From the human T2T-CHM13v2.0 reference genome, Homo sapiens: a stretch of 64,000 nucleotides of DNA. How positions within the stretch are numbered: the stretch's first letter is position 1; each line of letters starts with the position of its first letter. The stretch lies in NCBI RefSeq assembly GCF_009914755.1, contig NC_060941.1; one strand, 5' to 3'. A program made the position numbers and the translations under genes. Below, piece after piece: positions 46,260 to 61,699 of this stretch. The notes beneath the pieces are model-generated. The model saw nothing but the letters and a program-made list of their open reading frames with translations, was not told the DNA's origin and did not search any database.

Positions 46260-46737
46260 TGTCACAGTCCATTTTGTGCTGCTATAACAGATTATGTGAG
46301 ACCGGGTAACTTATAAAGAACAGATATTTATTCTCTCATGGTTCTGGAGGCTGGAAAATGCAAGATCAAGGTGCTGGTGTCTGATGAGGGCCTTCCTGCT
46401 AGATGCTCACATGGGAGAAGGCTGAAGGGTTAGAGAAGGTGAAGGTGGTGTTCTCACATGGCAGAAGAGCACATTAGAGCAAACCCATTCCCACAAGCTC
46501 TTTTTATAGCAGCATTAGTTCACTCATGAAGGTAGAGCCCTCCTGACCTAAACCTCTCTCATTAGGTCCCACCTCCCAGTGCTGTTGCTTCAGGTAGTAA
46601 GTTTCCAACACATTAATTTTGGGAGACACATTCGAGCCATATCAAAGTCTCCCATTAGGTCCCACCTCCCAGTGCTGTTGCTTTAGGTAGTAAGTTTCCA
46701 ACACATGAATTTTGGGAGACACATTCAAACCATATCA
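46260..46737 (-). mobile_element. MST (C/D-like) MaLR LTR with a duplicated terminus
   Basis: GTGCTGCTATAACAG, GGTTCTGGAGGCTGG; terminal CCATATCA occurs twice, 93 bp apart. Confidence 0.85.
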
Positions 46738-47046
46738 GAGTCTGAAAGAAGGGGAGTCTGGCATTGCACCCCTGGCTGCAACCTTGCAGAGCATCTAAAT
46801 CCAAGAGCTCATCGGCATGCATTCACCAGAACTGGAAGCAGTGAACTGGTTCTAGGCTGAGTCTGACAACAGTCACAGGGAGTGTGAGAGCATCCATGAA
46901 GGTTTCTTCTTGCCCAGAAAATACTGCAGTGAGTGTCTTATTTAATTAACTCAGCCCATGGTGGCAGGGTGAAGAGAAGGGGAATGGACACATTAAATTT
47001 CCCATGCCGGGGTTAAGTGAGTGTGCATTTGTTTTAAAACATAGGT

Positions 47047-47591
47047 TGTATTACTACTCGGTATGATGAGGCCAACAGATGAAGAGGTAACTGCTGTTGA
47101 AAAGATACTTTGTTACAATGTCCAAGAGGAGGAGACACACCACACCACACCACACAGGGACACTTAGGGAATCACACCAGAGTCAGTCAGGAGACAGAAA
47201 GAGTCAGGGAAAACTGTGAGCAGGAGCTTTTATTGTGGTTTCTGCGGGAAGGACTGGGAGAGGCAGGGTAAGTAGATTCAGCCTTAGCTAGTTTGAATAA
47301 TTTCATCAGGCTCTGGGGCATAGGGGCTGTCCCTAGTTTTCTGGGACCTGTCCTTGGGTGACTAGGGCAGACAAAGAGTGGTCCCTGAGTGTGAGAGTCC
47401 AATAGAGGAGGTGGAGAGGTGTGAGAAAGCTGGATTGGCTAGTTTGCATATGAAAGGCACACTCTGGGGCCAGTTCTTTACTTTCTTTAGTACTTGGCTA
47501 GTCCTGGGAGGGGCAGTATCTCTAGCGTCAGCAAAGCCACAAGATGTCAAAACATCAGAACTACAGAACATAAAAAGCCATGACTAATACA
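47047..47591 (-). mobile_element. MER74-like ERVL solo LTR
   Basis: TG...CA termini; GGATTGGCTAGTTTGCATATGAAAGG and GATGTCAAAACATCAGAA match MER74A as I recall it. Confidence 0.75.
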
Positions 47592-48455
47592 GCATTTGAA
47601 GAAAAGCATCAGGGGCCTATCTTCCCCAATGGAAGAGAATGAAGTGAGAATTCCTGTAGGGACTTTCAGAGAGCCTCTCTCTACACCCCCGGAAGGTGCC
47701 CTCACATGGATACGCGCCATACAGAGGACACCTATGGCCAAGCCAGAAGGCAAAGAATATTTAGTGACAAGTTCTTGCCTTTTCCCTCTAATTTTGCTTC
47801 TTTGGCCTGGCCCTATCCTCAGGGAAACAGGGAGCAGTAGAGCTATGAGAAGAAGGAGGATGGAAATGGAAAGAGAATGGGGGAGTGAAAAGGGAATATG
47901 GTGCCACACCCACTGCCCACGCCCAGTGCTTATCCTTAGGGTGTAATGCGGGCCTGAGGCCTGATTTGAAGGAAACTGAGAAACTGTATTGCCTGTGAGA
48001 TTGAGCTTGTTCTTCTTTTCCTTTGTGTTTGTTACTTTTTTTAATTAAAATACACATAATATTTATAATTTCAACCATTTGCAATTATACAATCCAGTGG
48101 TGTTAAACTCAGTGGTGAATTTTCCTCCTAGAAGTATAGTTTAGCTGGTATGAGAATGTCTCATGACTAAAAGGGACCAGAAAGGTTTGACCTATTCAAC
48201 ACGTTACCACGAGGCAGGAAAGGAAAGGATGGAGCCACACTGAGCATCTTCATCACTAAAGAGGAATTTTTGTGGTGTGGTGGAGTCACTCCAGCCTAGC
48301 TCTAAATGATCTAGTTGTCCAGATGATTCACTTCCTTTTCCTCTTCTTTGTGTTCACCAAGGCCCCCTTTGATCAGAGGTTATGCTTGATAGGTGCACCA
48401 CAACTTGAGCTGGCATGCGTGGAAAATAAACTTAAGCATCTGTAATTCTTCACAT

Positions 48456-48929
48456 TGTTATAAATAAAGTTTTGGTGCCACAAAAGAAATAGTGCTCGAT
48501 ATAAAATTTTCCTTCTCAGCAAGGCAATGTACTTCTATAGAAGGGTGCGCTCTTACAGACGGAGCAATGGTGAGCACACACTTGGACAAGGGAGGGGAAG
48601 GGGTTCTTATCCCTGACACACGTGGCCCCTGCTGCTGTGTCATTCCCCTGTTGGCTAGGATTAGACCACACAGGCTAAACTAATTCCAATTGGCTAATTT
48701 AAAGACAGTGACAGGGTGAGTGGTTTGGCGGGAAGCAGAGCAGGAAATCAGAATGAGTCAGGGTGGAGAATGAGTCAGGGCAGAGCAGGGAATTGGAATG
48801 AGTCAGGATGGAGGAGGTAATTGAAAAAGGTTGCTTTACGAGGAAGTTAAGTTTAAAAGTAGAAGGCAAAGAATTGAACATACTGACATATTGATTCTTT
48901 GAAGAGAAATTTAGAACTCATATCTAACA
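48456..48929 (-). mobile_element. LTR10 (A/F-like, HERV-IP10) solo LTR
   Basis: Minus strand begins TGTTAGATATGAGTTCTAAATTTCTCTTCAAAGAATCAATATGTCAG; internal GAATGAGTCAGG repeats. Confidence 0.9.
48754..48805. promoter_or_regulatory. Three AP-1 (TGAGTCA) sites in the LTR10 internal repeat
   Basis: TGAGTCA at 48754, 48771 and 48799. Confidence 0.7.
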
Positions 48930-49051
48930 TTATTGCTCTGCCATTCTAAATGATTTTATCGGCTTCATGTGCTTTCACTGAGCATCATTTAAGCAAGCAA
49001 GAAATACCTTTTCTAGATATTCCATTAAAGTCCAAGGTCTGGATCTGGTGA

Positions 49052-49381
<330 letters not shown>

Positions 49382-49480
49382 ACCTCCAGTCATTGAACCA
49401 TGGCACCAGCAGGGTTCCTTGGGCACATCTCCAATAGCAATTACTCTATCTCACCATGAGAGGTCTGTCTTCTCTCTCCC

Positions 49481-49787
49481 TTTCTTTTTTTTTTTTTCCT
49501 TTTGAGACAGGGTTTCGCTTTGTTTCTGTTGCCCAGGCTGGAGTAAGAGGTGCAATCATGGCTCACTGAAGCCTCAATCTCCTGGGCTCAAGCAGTCCTG
49601 TCTCAGCCTCCTGAGTAGCTAGAACTATAGGAACACACCACCATGCCCAGCTAATTTTAATTTTTTTTGTAGAGATGGGATCTCACTATGTTGCCCAGGC
49701 TGGTCTTGAACTCCCAGGTTCAAGTGATCCTTCCACTTCGGCCTTCCAAAGTGTTGGGATTGTAGGCGTGAGTCTCCGCACCTGGCC
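49481..49787 (-). mobile_element. AluJ SINE
   Basis: AluJ diagnostics (GGGATCTCACTATGTTGCCCAGG). Confidence 0.92.
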
Positions 49788-50052
49788 TTGTATTATTTTC
49801 CAACTTAGATGTCCCTACATCAGAGCTACCATATTCTCAGAGTCAGTCACGGTGTAGCACTGTTTCTTACATATGGTGCCTACTCAGGAATTACTTACTG
49901 CATTTCACTGAATAGAATGTTTCCTAGATGTTTTTCTCAATTCATTGCATCAAAAGATTACCCACTACCTCCTTGTGGTCTGAGTCCTCTTCTTTCTGGA
50001 AGTAGTTCATCCTCAACCAGCTAAAGGTCAAAATATCTCCTGCAATTAGTGA

Positions 50053-50955
<903 letters not shown>

Positions 50956-51274
50956 TCTTTGAATCACTTCTGATTTCAATTTAACAGTAATTTAATGACT
51001 GATCCAAGTAACCCCTTAATTCATCTGATAATCACCCTCAGAACAAAAAGATGAAAATAGTTCATTTCAAGAACGTTAAAGCCAGCTAAATAAAGACACC
51101 TATCGCCAACTTTTAAGTAGGGAATTAAGCCAGAATAAAAATTTACCCTAACCCTCCCTTCACTCGCTTAGTTTATTCCAATTTATTATTGCCTAGAAGG
51201 TTCAAGCAAAGGTGCCAACACATACAAGTCTATCATCATAATCCACACACTGCCCAGGGAACATTCCCCTCTGG

Positions 51275-51500
51275 AAACAAGAGCTCTGGGGTCTGGAGTC
51301 CTAGTACTTGGCCTGGAATCTTGCCTCCACCACTTCCTATCTGTTTGACTTGGGGCCAAATTAATTTACCTCTCTGCTGTTTCATCTGTAAATTAGTAGT
51401 TCCTACTCCATAGGGCTGTTGTGGAGACTAAGCGAGTTAATGGATATTGAGAATATTAAAGAGGGCTGACCTCACATGGCAAGTGCTCAAAAGCTATTCA
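51275..51500 (+). mobile_element. MIR
   Basis: GTTTCATCTGTAAA...CATAGGGCTGTTGTGGAGACTAA...AAGTGCTCAA. Confidence 0.75.
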
Positions 51501-51654
51501 TGTGGTAAGAGGAATAGATTGCTGTGGAAATGTTGTATTTAGTATTTATGTTCCTTCTATTAACTATGCTCACGTAGGTGATGGCAGAGATCATTCCTCA
51601 CACTTCTCAGAACTACACCAGTCTTTAGCAAAGTCTATTGCCATATGCAGGAGC

Positions 51655-51835
51655 GAGATCCAAAATAGGTAGCAGCTTTATGGGACAGGCTGTGCGCGGT
51701 CAGCACTGGCAGATGCTGCTTTGCAGAAGTACCCTGGTGTGAACCTTTTAGCTGGATTGCGGGAAAGCCTGGGCAGGGGCAGCTGCTGACTGCCGGGATG
51801 GTTGCGGGGGACTCCCCAGGCACTCTGGGAAACAG
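51655..51835. promoter_or_regulatory. Candidate enhancer motif cluster (CArG, E-boxes, NF-kB)
   Basis: CCAAAATAGG 51660-51669; CAGATG and CAGCTG; GGGACTCCCC 51808-51817; locally GC/CpG-rich. Confidence 0.35.
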
Positions 51836-53309
51836 CTTTACCCAACTGTAGGGAAGTGTTTTAATATTTTGTCCACTGGCAAACTGAATGTCAGCCTGAC
51901 TTTACAACTACCGAATGAATCACGTTCTTTCTTACTATACTAAACCTAAATGAAGCAGAAAATCAATATAATTATAAAATAGTTAATGTCTTTTACACTC
52001 CACCCAGTTTCAGGGGAGTTAAAGCAAATTTTCTTTTAGTGAAAAAAAAAGTTTAATGCAGAATTGTGTTTAGATTTTGTGTATCTCTTACACTTCCCAA
52101 AAGGATAGATGGACTAGAACCTGGGGAAATGGCCCTGAACTAACCAGTTCCCTCTATTTGCTCATCTGTGTGGCATGAGTATGTTAGATGAGGTAGGAGA
52201 TGGTTTAGATTCTTTCATCTCTTTCAATTCTGTTATTTTTTCTTCTTTAGTTACACAGCTCCAGCCAGAGGTATAGCCCAGGGCTTTAGGGCACAGTCCA
52301 AATCCAAGAAAGTAGGAATGCTACGACAAATCCACTGGGTAGAAAAATGCACCTAACCCACAGAGTGATTCATTTGCCCCTGAAAAGGGTTTTGCTGTTA
52401 CAAATTTTTGTCCAGAACATTTGAGCCGGTGGTAGTTCAGTCGAGACACAAAGTGGTCAACATTCTTTGAACAAATCTGCTTTTAATGTGTAGAGTGTTC
52501 TTGTTTCCAGTTATTATTCTGAGTGATTAAACAAACTGCCAAACTTTCACTGCAGTGGTCATCGTTTATTACTGAGATAGTTACTGGGGACTTAATAGCA
52601 CTCCATTTGAGACAATATCTTGAGCCTTGTGAATTCAAAAGAAAAGAGATGTATTTTTGGCACAAATTGATGGGGTTTCAAGATTTCTGTAATAGATACA
52701 TACACAATCATATTGTTGAGTTGAAAGAAATGTGTTTCCAATAAGTAGTATTTACTGGGGTTTAACAACGATGTAATAGTTACCTGTCTATTACATAGTA
52801 GTCAAAGCTAAAGAAATGTGTTTTTAATAATCAATTGGCATTTCAAATATATAAGATAACTGCCATATGAAATCGGAACCTAGATACAATCCACATTTGA
52901 GACTTGTTTTTGAGAGTCTCATTCATGATTCTGAAGTATTAATGATTGGTTATTGTAAAAGGAATATTATTATCAAAGGGATAATAATTTGTATTCATTT
53001 CTCTTATACTTTCTCTGCTTTTCTTCTTTCATTCTCCCTTTTCCTTTTACTTCTCCTTAGCAGTTATTTTATTACACCTTCTATTTTAATTGGTTGGGAT
53101 TGCATTCGGCCTGTATAAAGAAAATGATCCTTCCTCCCAACCAGAAAGAATAAAAAGTAACTGAATGAATACCTTTGGCTCTTTTAATCCATGCCAAGAG
53201 GAAGAGGTGAGACAAATCGGAGAGCCTCAGTGATAGATACACATGCACTGGCAGATTCCCTTGGGATTAACCCTGCCTGTAACTTTGCAATAAGAATTTG
53301 TGCCACTCT

Positions 53310-53890
<581 letters not shown>

Positions 53891-54049
53891 ATGACCCACA
53901 CAGCTCCAGCCAGCTTCATTCTATAGCACACACAGGTAAAGTATGGGGTGAGGACCATTCAAACAGTGATCATGGTGATGACGCAACCTACTCTCCTGTA
54001 TTATGTGGCTTAGAAAGCACCTCCTCCCCAGTCCTTCCCTGGCAGGAGC

Positions 54050-54423
54050 TCTTTCCCTCTCGCTGTCATTCTCCTGCCTGGAGTGCTCCTTCCCTGATGG
54101 TCTCTGTGGCTGTGCTCTGCTCATACAGCAGATCTCGGCTCAGATCAAAAGAGTCTACCTGAGCACCCTCCCAGAAAGGGTCTTCCCAGTGCCCAGACCC
54201 CCTCATTTTTTCACATCAGACACAAAGTGCAAGCTGTAATGATCCCGTGAATGTAATGTTTTCTCAGCTGTCTCTCCCTAGAGCAATGCAGGCTCCATAA
54301 GGATACGAGCTGCTTTCAACCCGGTTGACTGCTGCAGTCCTCACAGGCAGGTAGAAGAGTATCTGGTGGTGGCAGGAACTTCATCCTCATTTGTTGAATG
54401 AAAGAATTCATGAATTCATGAAT
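54050..54423 (+). mobile_element. L2 3' fragment
   Basis: CCTGCCTGGAGTGCTCCTTCCC...ATTTGTTGAATGAA tail. Confidence 0.6.
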
Positions 54424-55289
54424 CTGCCATGTCATGCCCAGAAGGCTGGATAATATATGCCACTTTGTGTCCATCATACGATTGCTTTGCCACCTGCCCA
54501 GCCAGCACTGCCTCTACAGAAGAAACTTAGAGTGCTTCGTCTAGGAAGGATCCCTGGGACTTTGTACTGAGCATCTTGGACTGGAACCCTGGCAATGAGT
54601 GCTGACAGCCAATGTCTCCAGCCAGATGTGGCCTGATGTGGCTTCTTGGCATGGAGCTAACTGCAGCCTCCCCGGCCCCTGCCCTGAGAGTGGAGGTGGA
54701 CAACTGGAGGAAGAGCAGGGCAGGAGGTATGCTCCCGTGATGCCAAAACCTCTTAGGAATGAGAGCTCATTCAGAGCATGTGCCTCAGCTCCCCGCCTCT
54801 GCCAAGTGTCAAACTTCATTAAAAGGCTTGGGGGAAGATCAGTTGCAGAGCATGGCTCGTCTGGGCCAAGGCAGGAGTTCTTTCCCCAAGCTCAAGAGGG
54901 CTTTGCTTAGCAGCTCTGCAGAGATTGGCAACTGCGGTTGAACTTGTCAGACTGTGAGCTTTCTTCAGGATTTATCCACCCCAACACGAGCACATTCTGA
55001 AAAGTAGAAATCTGTTGAGAGGTGATTCATTCCTCTGTGGGGCCTTCTAATTCTACCTCCCACCACTCCCAGCCTGTCTTTCCTCTCTTTTGGAATTCTG
55101 AGAGCCCCACGTTAGGAAGTGTTCTTTGCTGCTTAAGGTTATTGATTGTTGGAAGAAATTTATTCCAATAATAAAAATAATAACTTGAATTATTAAAATC
55201 CTTTGAAAAATGAGGAATAATGTTTCTAAAGGTACTTTTGAAATTATTGCTACACAAATGTTAGCTCACTTTGGGTTCTGAGCCTGATG

Positions 55290-55400
55290 AAAAATGTTAA
55301 GATAGTGGCATTTCAATATCCATGAAAAGAAATTGAGACTCAGAGAGGTTAAAAAGTTTGCCCAAAGTCACACAGCTGAAAAGCAATGGAGAAGGAACCA
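55290..55400 (-). mobile_element. MIR fragment
   Basis: GAAATTGAGACTCAGAGAGGTTAA...TTGCCCAAAGTCACACAGCT. Confidence 0.75.
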
Positions 55401-56224
55401 CAAGACTTCTATTCCCTCTACCATTCCATCTCATTGTGATTCTCTTGGTCATTTCCCTCTAGATATGGCTTGGAGAGACAGAAAGTGAAAAATCCTTCAT
55501 AACTTGGGAAATACTCCTTTCTTATTTAAAAAATCTAATAGCATACATATCACAGATAAACTGTGAGATTAAATATATCAGCAAATATTCACATATAAGC
55601 ATGTGTCATATGTGTAAACGCAGCTTACACAATGAGGTATATGTGGTTTTCATAGGCATTTTTAATATTTCGGAATATGTCCCCAAGGATGAATGTTCTG
55701 CAAATACACACTTAAGTTTCTCTCTTTACAAAGAACCCCAATTTTGTAACTTAATATTTACAAGAAAGTGATAGCTAGTTTTACACTGTTTATACTGTTT
55801 TACACAGTATTAAAATTATTACTTGATATTTTAAGCTTTTATGAATAGTGATCTTTTTTATTAGTTTCAGTAATACACATAAAAACTACTTAATCTGAAC
55901 TCTACTAATTTGAAATTTATAGCCATTCAAACATAAACTCTTACCTTTGTTTGGCTAATGGGAAAAACAGGTAGGCAAATGTAAAATGTAAACTCTAAGT
56001 GTTTGATACACTTTAAAAAATACATATTTCAATCTCTTTAGAACCAGCTGCTTATGTTGTATACACATTTTATTTATTAATTAAGAAAAACCCCCAAGGG
56101 TTTCTGTGTGCCAATAATTATTGGTTTAGCTATAAATTATGGTATAGTCTTGAGAGTAATGCTAATGATTTTTTTAAACTATATTTTGAAATGTTACTGA
56201 TTCAGGCTACTAGTTCAGATTAAT

Positions 56225-56355
56225 AGCATTTAATAGCAGTGGAGTTTGAAGCCAGACAGATTTAATTTGAATTCCAGTGCTGCCACTTTTTAACTGATGT
56301 CCTTGAACAAATGACTTAATCCTGATGAATGTCGTCATCTTCTAAACTGGGACAT
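56225..56355 (+). mobile_element. MIR fragment
   Basis: TTTGAAGCCAGACAGATTT...TTTGAATTCCAG...CCTTGAACAA. Confidence 0.6.
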
Positions 56356-56573
56356 TTCTGAGAGAGAGTAAAGGAGGTGTCAATTACTCTGGGACAAGCC
56401 TAATCAGAGGCTGGCCTGGGGAAGCCAGACACATGGTTACTCTATCAAAATGTGACTCTCTCAGTCTTTGGCTTATCTAGGTTGTTGGTAGATGGTGGAT
56501 GGCATTTTGTTTCAATTTTTCTGTCACTGCTTTCAACTATAAGGAATCAAATCTCCTTATCCAAGCCCTGTGA

Positions 56574-57220
<647 letters not shown>

Positions 57221-57782
57221 AGGAATATTCTTATTGAGATTATTATTAAGTCACACTTTTAGGTGTAGAAAAGTCCTGTAGTCGAGTTGAAAACTTTATA
57301 TGTTAATTCAAAACTTTCCTTCTCCCTCATATGAGACTCCACCTGTGGTCCTGGCATAGGGGGAAGTGTATTCTCTTTTTACATTTCTCTTTGCCCTTTT
57401 AATCCTCCTTCGTCTTCTCAGTGTACTACTTCCAGCTCCCCTAGGGGGAAGGGAGTTGATAAGGAGATTGTGGGAAAGGGCCTGTGCCATCTGCTGCAGG
57501 CTTCCTCAGGCAGTGCACCTACTGTGCGCCATACACGGTATCAAAAATCTGTGCCAGTGGTGGCTTTGATTTGCATCCCTTTGGCTAACGGAGATACTGA
57601 GTATTTTTACACTTGTATTCTCCTCTGTAGATTACCTTTTTATGTTTTTGGTTGACTTACCTTTCTTGAATTTTTGTAATGGTGTTTTTTTCACTCTCTT
57701 AACATAAAAAGGAAATAAACAACTATCTCTATATCTAGAAATGGTAACTATTAACCTTTTAAAACATTTTCTCTACCTTTTT

Positions 57783-58110
57783 AAAAACAATTTTATTTTT
57801 TAGAGCAGTTTTAGGTTCACAGCAAAATTGAACAGAAGGTACAGAGATTTCCCCAATACCTCCTGCCCCCACATGCACAGCCTCCCCTACTATCAACATC
57901 CTCCACCAGGGTGGTACATTTGTTACAGTCGTTGGACCGCCATTGACACACCATTTTTACCCAGAGTCCATAGTTTACCTTAGGGCTGACTCTTGGTGTA
58001 CATTTTGTGGATTTGGACAAATGTATAATGGCAACTATTTACCATTATAGTATCATACATATTAGTCTCATTGCCCTAAAAATCCTCCGTACTGCACCTA
58101 TTCATCCCTC
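57783..58110 (-). mobile_element. L1MC1/2-type 3' end
   Basis: TTTAGAGCAGTTTTAGGTTCACAGCAAAATTGA...GTGGTACATTTGTTACA. Confidence 0.85.
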
Positions 58111-58339
58111 AATATAAATGGAGTAATTGACAGTGAGCCCATAGAGTTTTGCATCTGTCTGTTTTTAATAGAAGAAATAAAACACTGAAGATAAAATTGA
58201 GGCATAATTTAAAACCATAAAACCATAGGAACCATGAACTCTAGTATATTATTAATGTCCATGTTTTAAGTTTATATAAATGGTAAAATACTCTACCCAT
58301 ATTCTGTCATTTACATCCTTAATCAACAATGTGCTTTTT

Positions 58340-59015
<676 letters not shown>

Positions 59016-59019
59016 TTAA

Positions 59020-60170
59020 AAAGTTTCTTTTAATTGCAGTATAGTATTCCAGATGTGTATATGATTATTTAAAACCTTATAGCTGCCCTATAAGATTCTA
59101 TCACGTTTCTAAGGTTTTACTATTACAAGCAATGCTTCAGTAAACAATCCTTGCACTTATTTTCCTGTGTTTGTGTGCAAATATTTACTGAGGATAGTTA
59201 CTTGACGTGTACTCTCTAATAAGATATGTGCATTTTAATTTTGTGTGCTTCTGACAAAATTTCCCCACTCCTGCTAGCAAAGTATGGTGCACCCCATGAC
59301 TCCATATTCTTATTAGTAAGTGACAATAGTACCAAACATTTTCATTTTTATGAATCTGATGAATGAGATTGTTAAACTAAATCTGACCTGCGGATGCTTC
59401 TGGACCTGGAGTCCTTATGTAGTAAACTGCAACCTAACTTGTTACACAAACAAGCTGAAAGCCTAGCCTACGAGTAGTCTCAGCCAATCACAGCAGCTGA
59501 GTTTTCCCAATCACAGACTGCAAACTGATCAGACCGTGTTCAAGTAAGGCAAACCCGGAGCTGTTACCAATCAAGCTTTTTTTACCTCACTGGTGTTTTC
59601 TTTCCGTAAATTTACCTCCTTGCGTGCATCCACCCATAATAAGCATAAAATCACTATAAAAATCATAAATGAAAAGGCTGATATACAATTGCACAAAAAT
59701 TAACATTTAACGCCTTCACACGTTTCGGAAGTGCTTCCTGTAGTTCTGGTTCTGAGGATGTCCAGTTAGAGAATTGCTCTTTGCTCAATTAAACTGTGTT
59801 AAATTTAACTTGTGCAAAGTTTTTATTCTAACAAAATACAAAAGTGTTTTAATTCGTAATTGATTTATTATGCCTCACTGTCCTTTATTTCATTAATATT
59901 GCGTGTGACCAATGTTTAGCATGCTTAATATTCATTTCTGTTTCTTCATTTTTTGCCCACTTTTCCTTCAGGATAATAGTTTTTACTGAGCTTTTAATAG
60001 ATCTATACTTACTCAGCATATTAGCCTTCATTTTGTTCCATCGTGTATTTTACTTTTAAGTATTCTTATGGTGTTTTGGACACTTAGAAATGCTAAGTTT
60101 TTGTGTAGTTATATACGTGCCTTTTTCTTTATGATTTCTATAGTGCTTTTATACTAATTATGATTGGATA
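59020..60170 (-). mobile_element. Decayed L1ME fragments, split by an LTR
   Basis: TGCAGTATAGTATTCC, GATATGTGCATTTTAATTTTG, TTTTGCCCACTTTTC. Confidence 0.6.
59370..59833 (+). mobile_element. ERV1 solo LTR (LTR54/MER57-like) with an internal foreign insert
   Basis: TGTTAAA...CTAACA termini, near-TSD AGAT/AAAT, three CCAATCA boxes, CTTTGCTCAATTAAAC poly(A) signal region. Confidence 0.8.
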
Positions 60171-60225
60171 CATGAATGAATCTGTTTTCAGATAAGGATA
60201 GAATTTTGTTTAAAAAATCCACACT

Positions 60226-60515
60226 GATGAGGGCGGTGGCTCATGCCTGTAATCCCAGCACTTTGAGAGGCCTAGACAAGTGGACCTCCTGAGCCCAGGA
60301 GTTTGAGACCAGCCTGGGCAACATAGTGAGACCCCATCTCTACAAAAAGTACTAATAGGTGGGCATGGTGGTGTGCACCTGTAATTCTAGCTGCTCAGGA
60401 GACTGAGGTAGGAGGATCAATTGAACCTAAGATATTGAGGCTGCGGTGAGCCATGACTGTGCCATTGCACTCCAGCCTGGGTGACAGAGTGAGACCCTGT
60501 CTCAAAAAAAAAAAA
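60226..60515 (+). mobile_element. AluJ SINE
   Basis: TSD AAAAAATCCACACT; GAGCCCAGGAGTTTGAG, GAGGCTGC. Confidence 0.93.
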
Positions 60516-61699
60516 ATCCACACTATATAAGTCATATTCTTAAACAGAATAGGAAGTAAAATTATATGAAAAAGTTAATGGAAATAAGTAAAAATATTAC
60601 CTGAATTTTTAACAACATATGTAATTTGAGTTAAGGCCCCAGATAATGAACATAGATAGCTACTTACCTAGTTTATCCTTTTCAGGTACCAGGATAGTCC
60701 CAGTTCAGTGAACCCTAAAACAATGTTTATTGCAATGATTATTTCTGGACATCATGTCACAAACAATAAATTTTTTTTTAAGAACTGTTTTGTGACATTG
60801 TACATTTGAGTAACATATTCCTTTTAGTGTATAGATAACCAGCAACATAAGATTATTCCAGGAATAATTAGACACAACTACGACATAAAAACAAAATTAT
60901 CATGTGGCCAAACATGAGCATAATCAGCTTCTTTTAATAAGTGACATTTGAAGTTACCACAGTGAACCTTCCTGATATTACACACAGCCATTATCTGACT
61001 GACACTTCCTGTGTGTAAATTCTACTCCATCTGTAATTGTCAGAATTGATTATTTAAGACTCGGCCGGATGCTATACTTTTCTGGACCTGGCATGTGTCT
61101 GAGTCACTGCCTCCCAGGATACTATCCTTCATTTGACGTGCACTAGTGTTCTGTGCCCTTCCAGGACAGGATACCTGGAAAGAAACCCAAGATTCATAGA
61201 ACAGATTTGTATGGTGTGGTACCGGCATGGAGAAAACACAAATTGTCTACTGGACCATAATAGATAAAAGTTAGAAGTAAACTATTGGTTTCCAGTGACT
61301 GGCATAAAAAAATAGGGCAACAGAAATTCTCATCCACAGTTACTAAATATTAAAATAGCTCCAAACCCAAGTCACTAAAGCTACCCACATGAAAGACACT
61401 TTGTGATTCCATGGTTGAAAACAAGCTCTAAACCCAATGGGAATCTTTACAGCAAAGCTGGCCTGTCATTAATCAGCTAAGGGATATGGGTTCAAATGTT
61501 TTCTGCTGTATCTTTATATGGGACAGTCTTATTATCTTATTTCAACCGATTCTTTGAGTAAAGATTATTTTCTCAATTTTCCCTGTGGCTGTTGAAATAA
61601 TGTCGTCACTTTTGCTTCATGGAGAATTCTTTTTTGTATCTGGTGGCAGAAGCTCTCCTATTTCCAGATGTAGAAAGGACAGAGCACTTTTGAAACACA

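Noticed and set aside
47547-47946. 116-120 aa overlapping ORFs
   Set aside because: Non-ATG starts, adjacent to or overlapping LTR sequence, no recognisable homology
48492-48500. GTGCTCG resembling a U6 snRNA 5' end
   Set aside because: The match is only 7 bp and lies within LTR10
52724-52823. 14-bp direct repeat AAAGAAATGTGTTT about 86 bp apart
   Set aside because: Short and AT-rich, and the intervening sequence does not align
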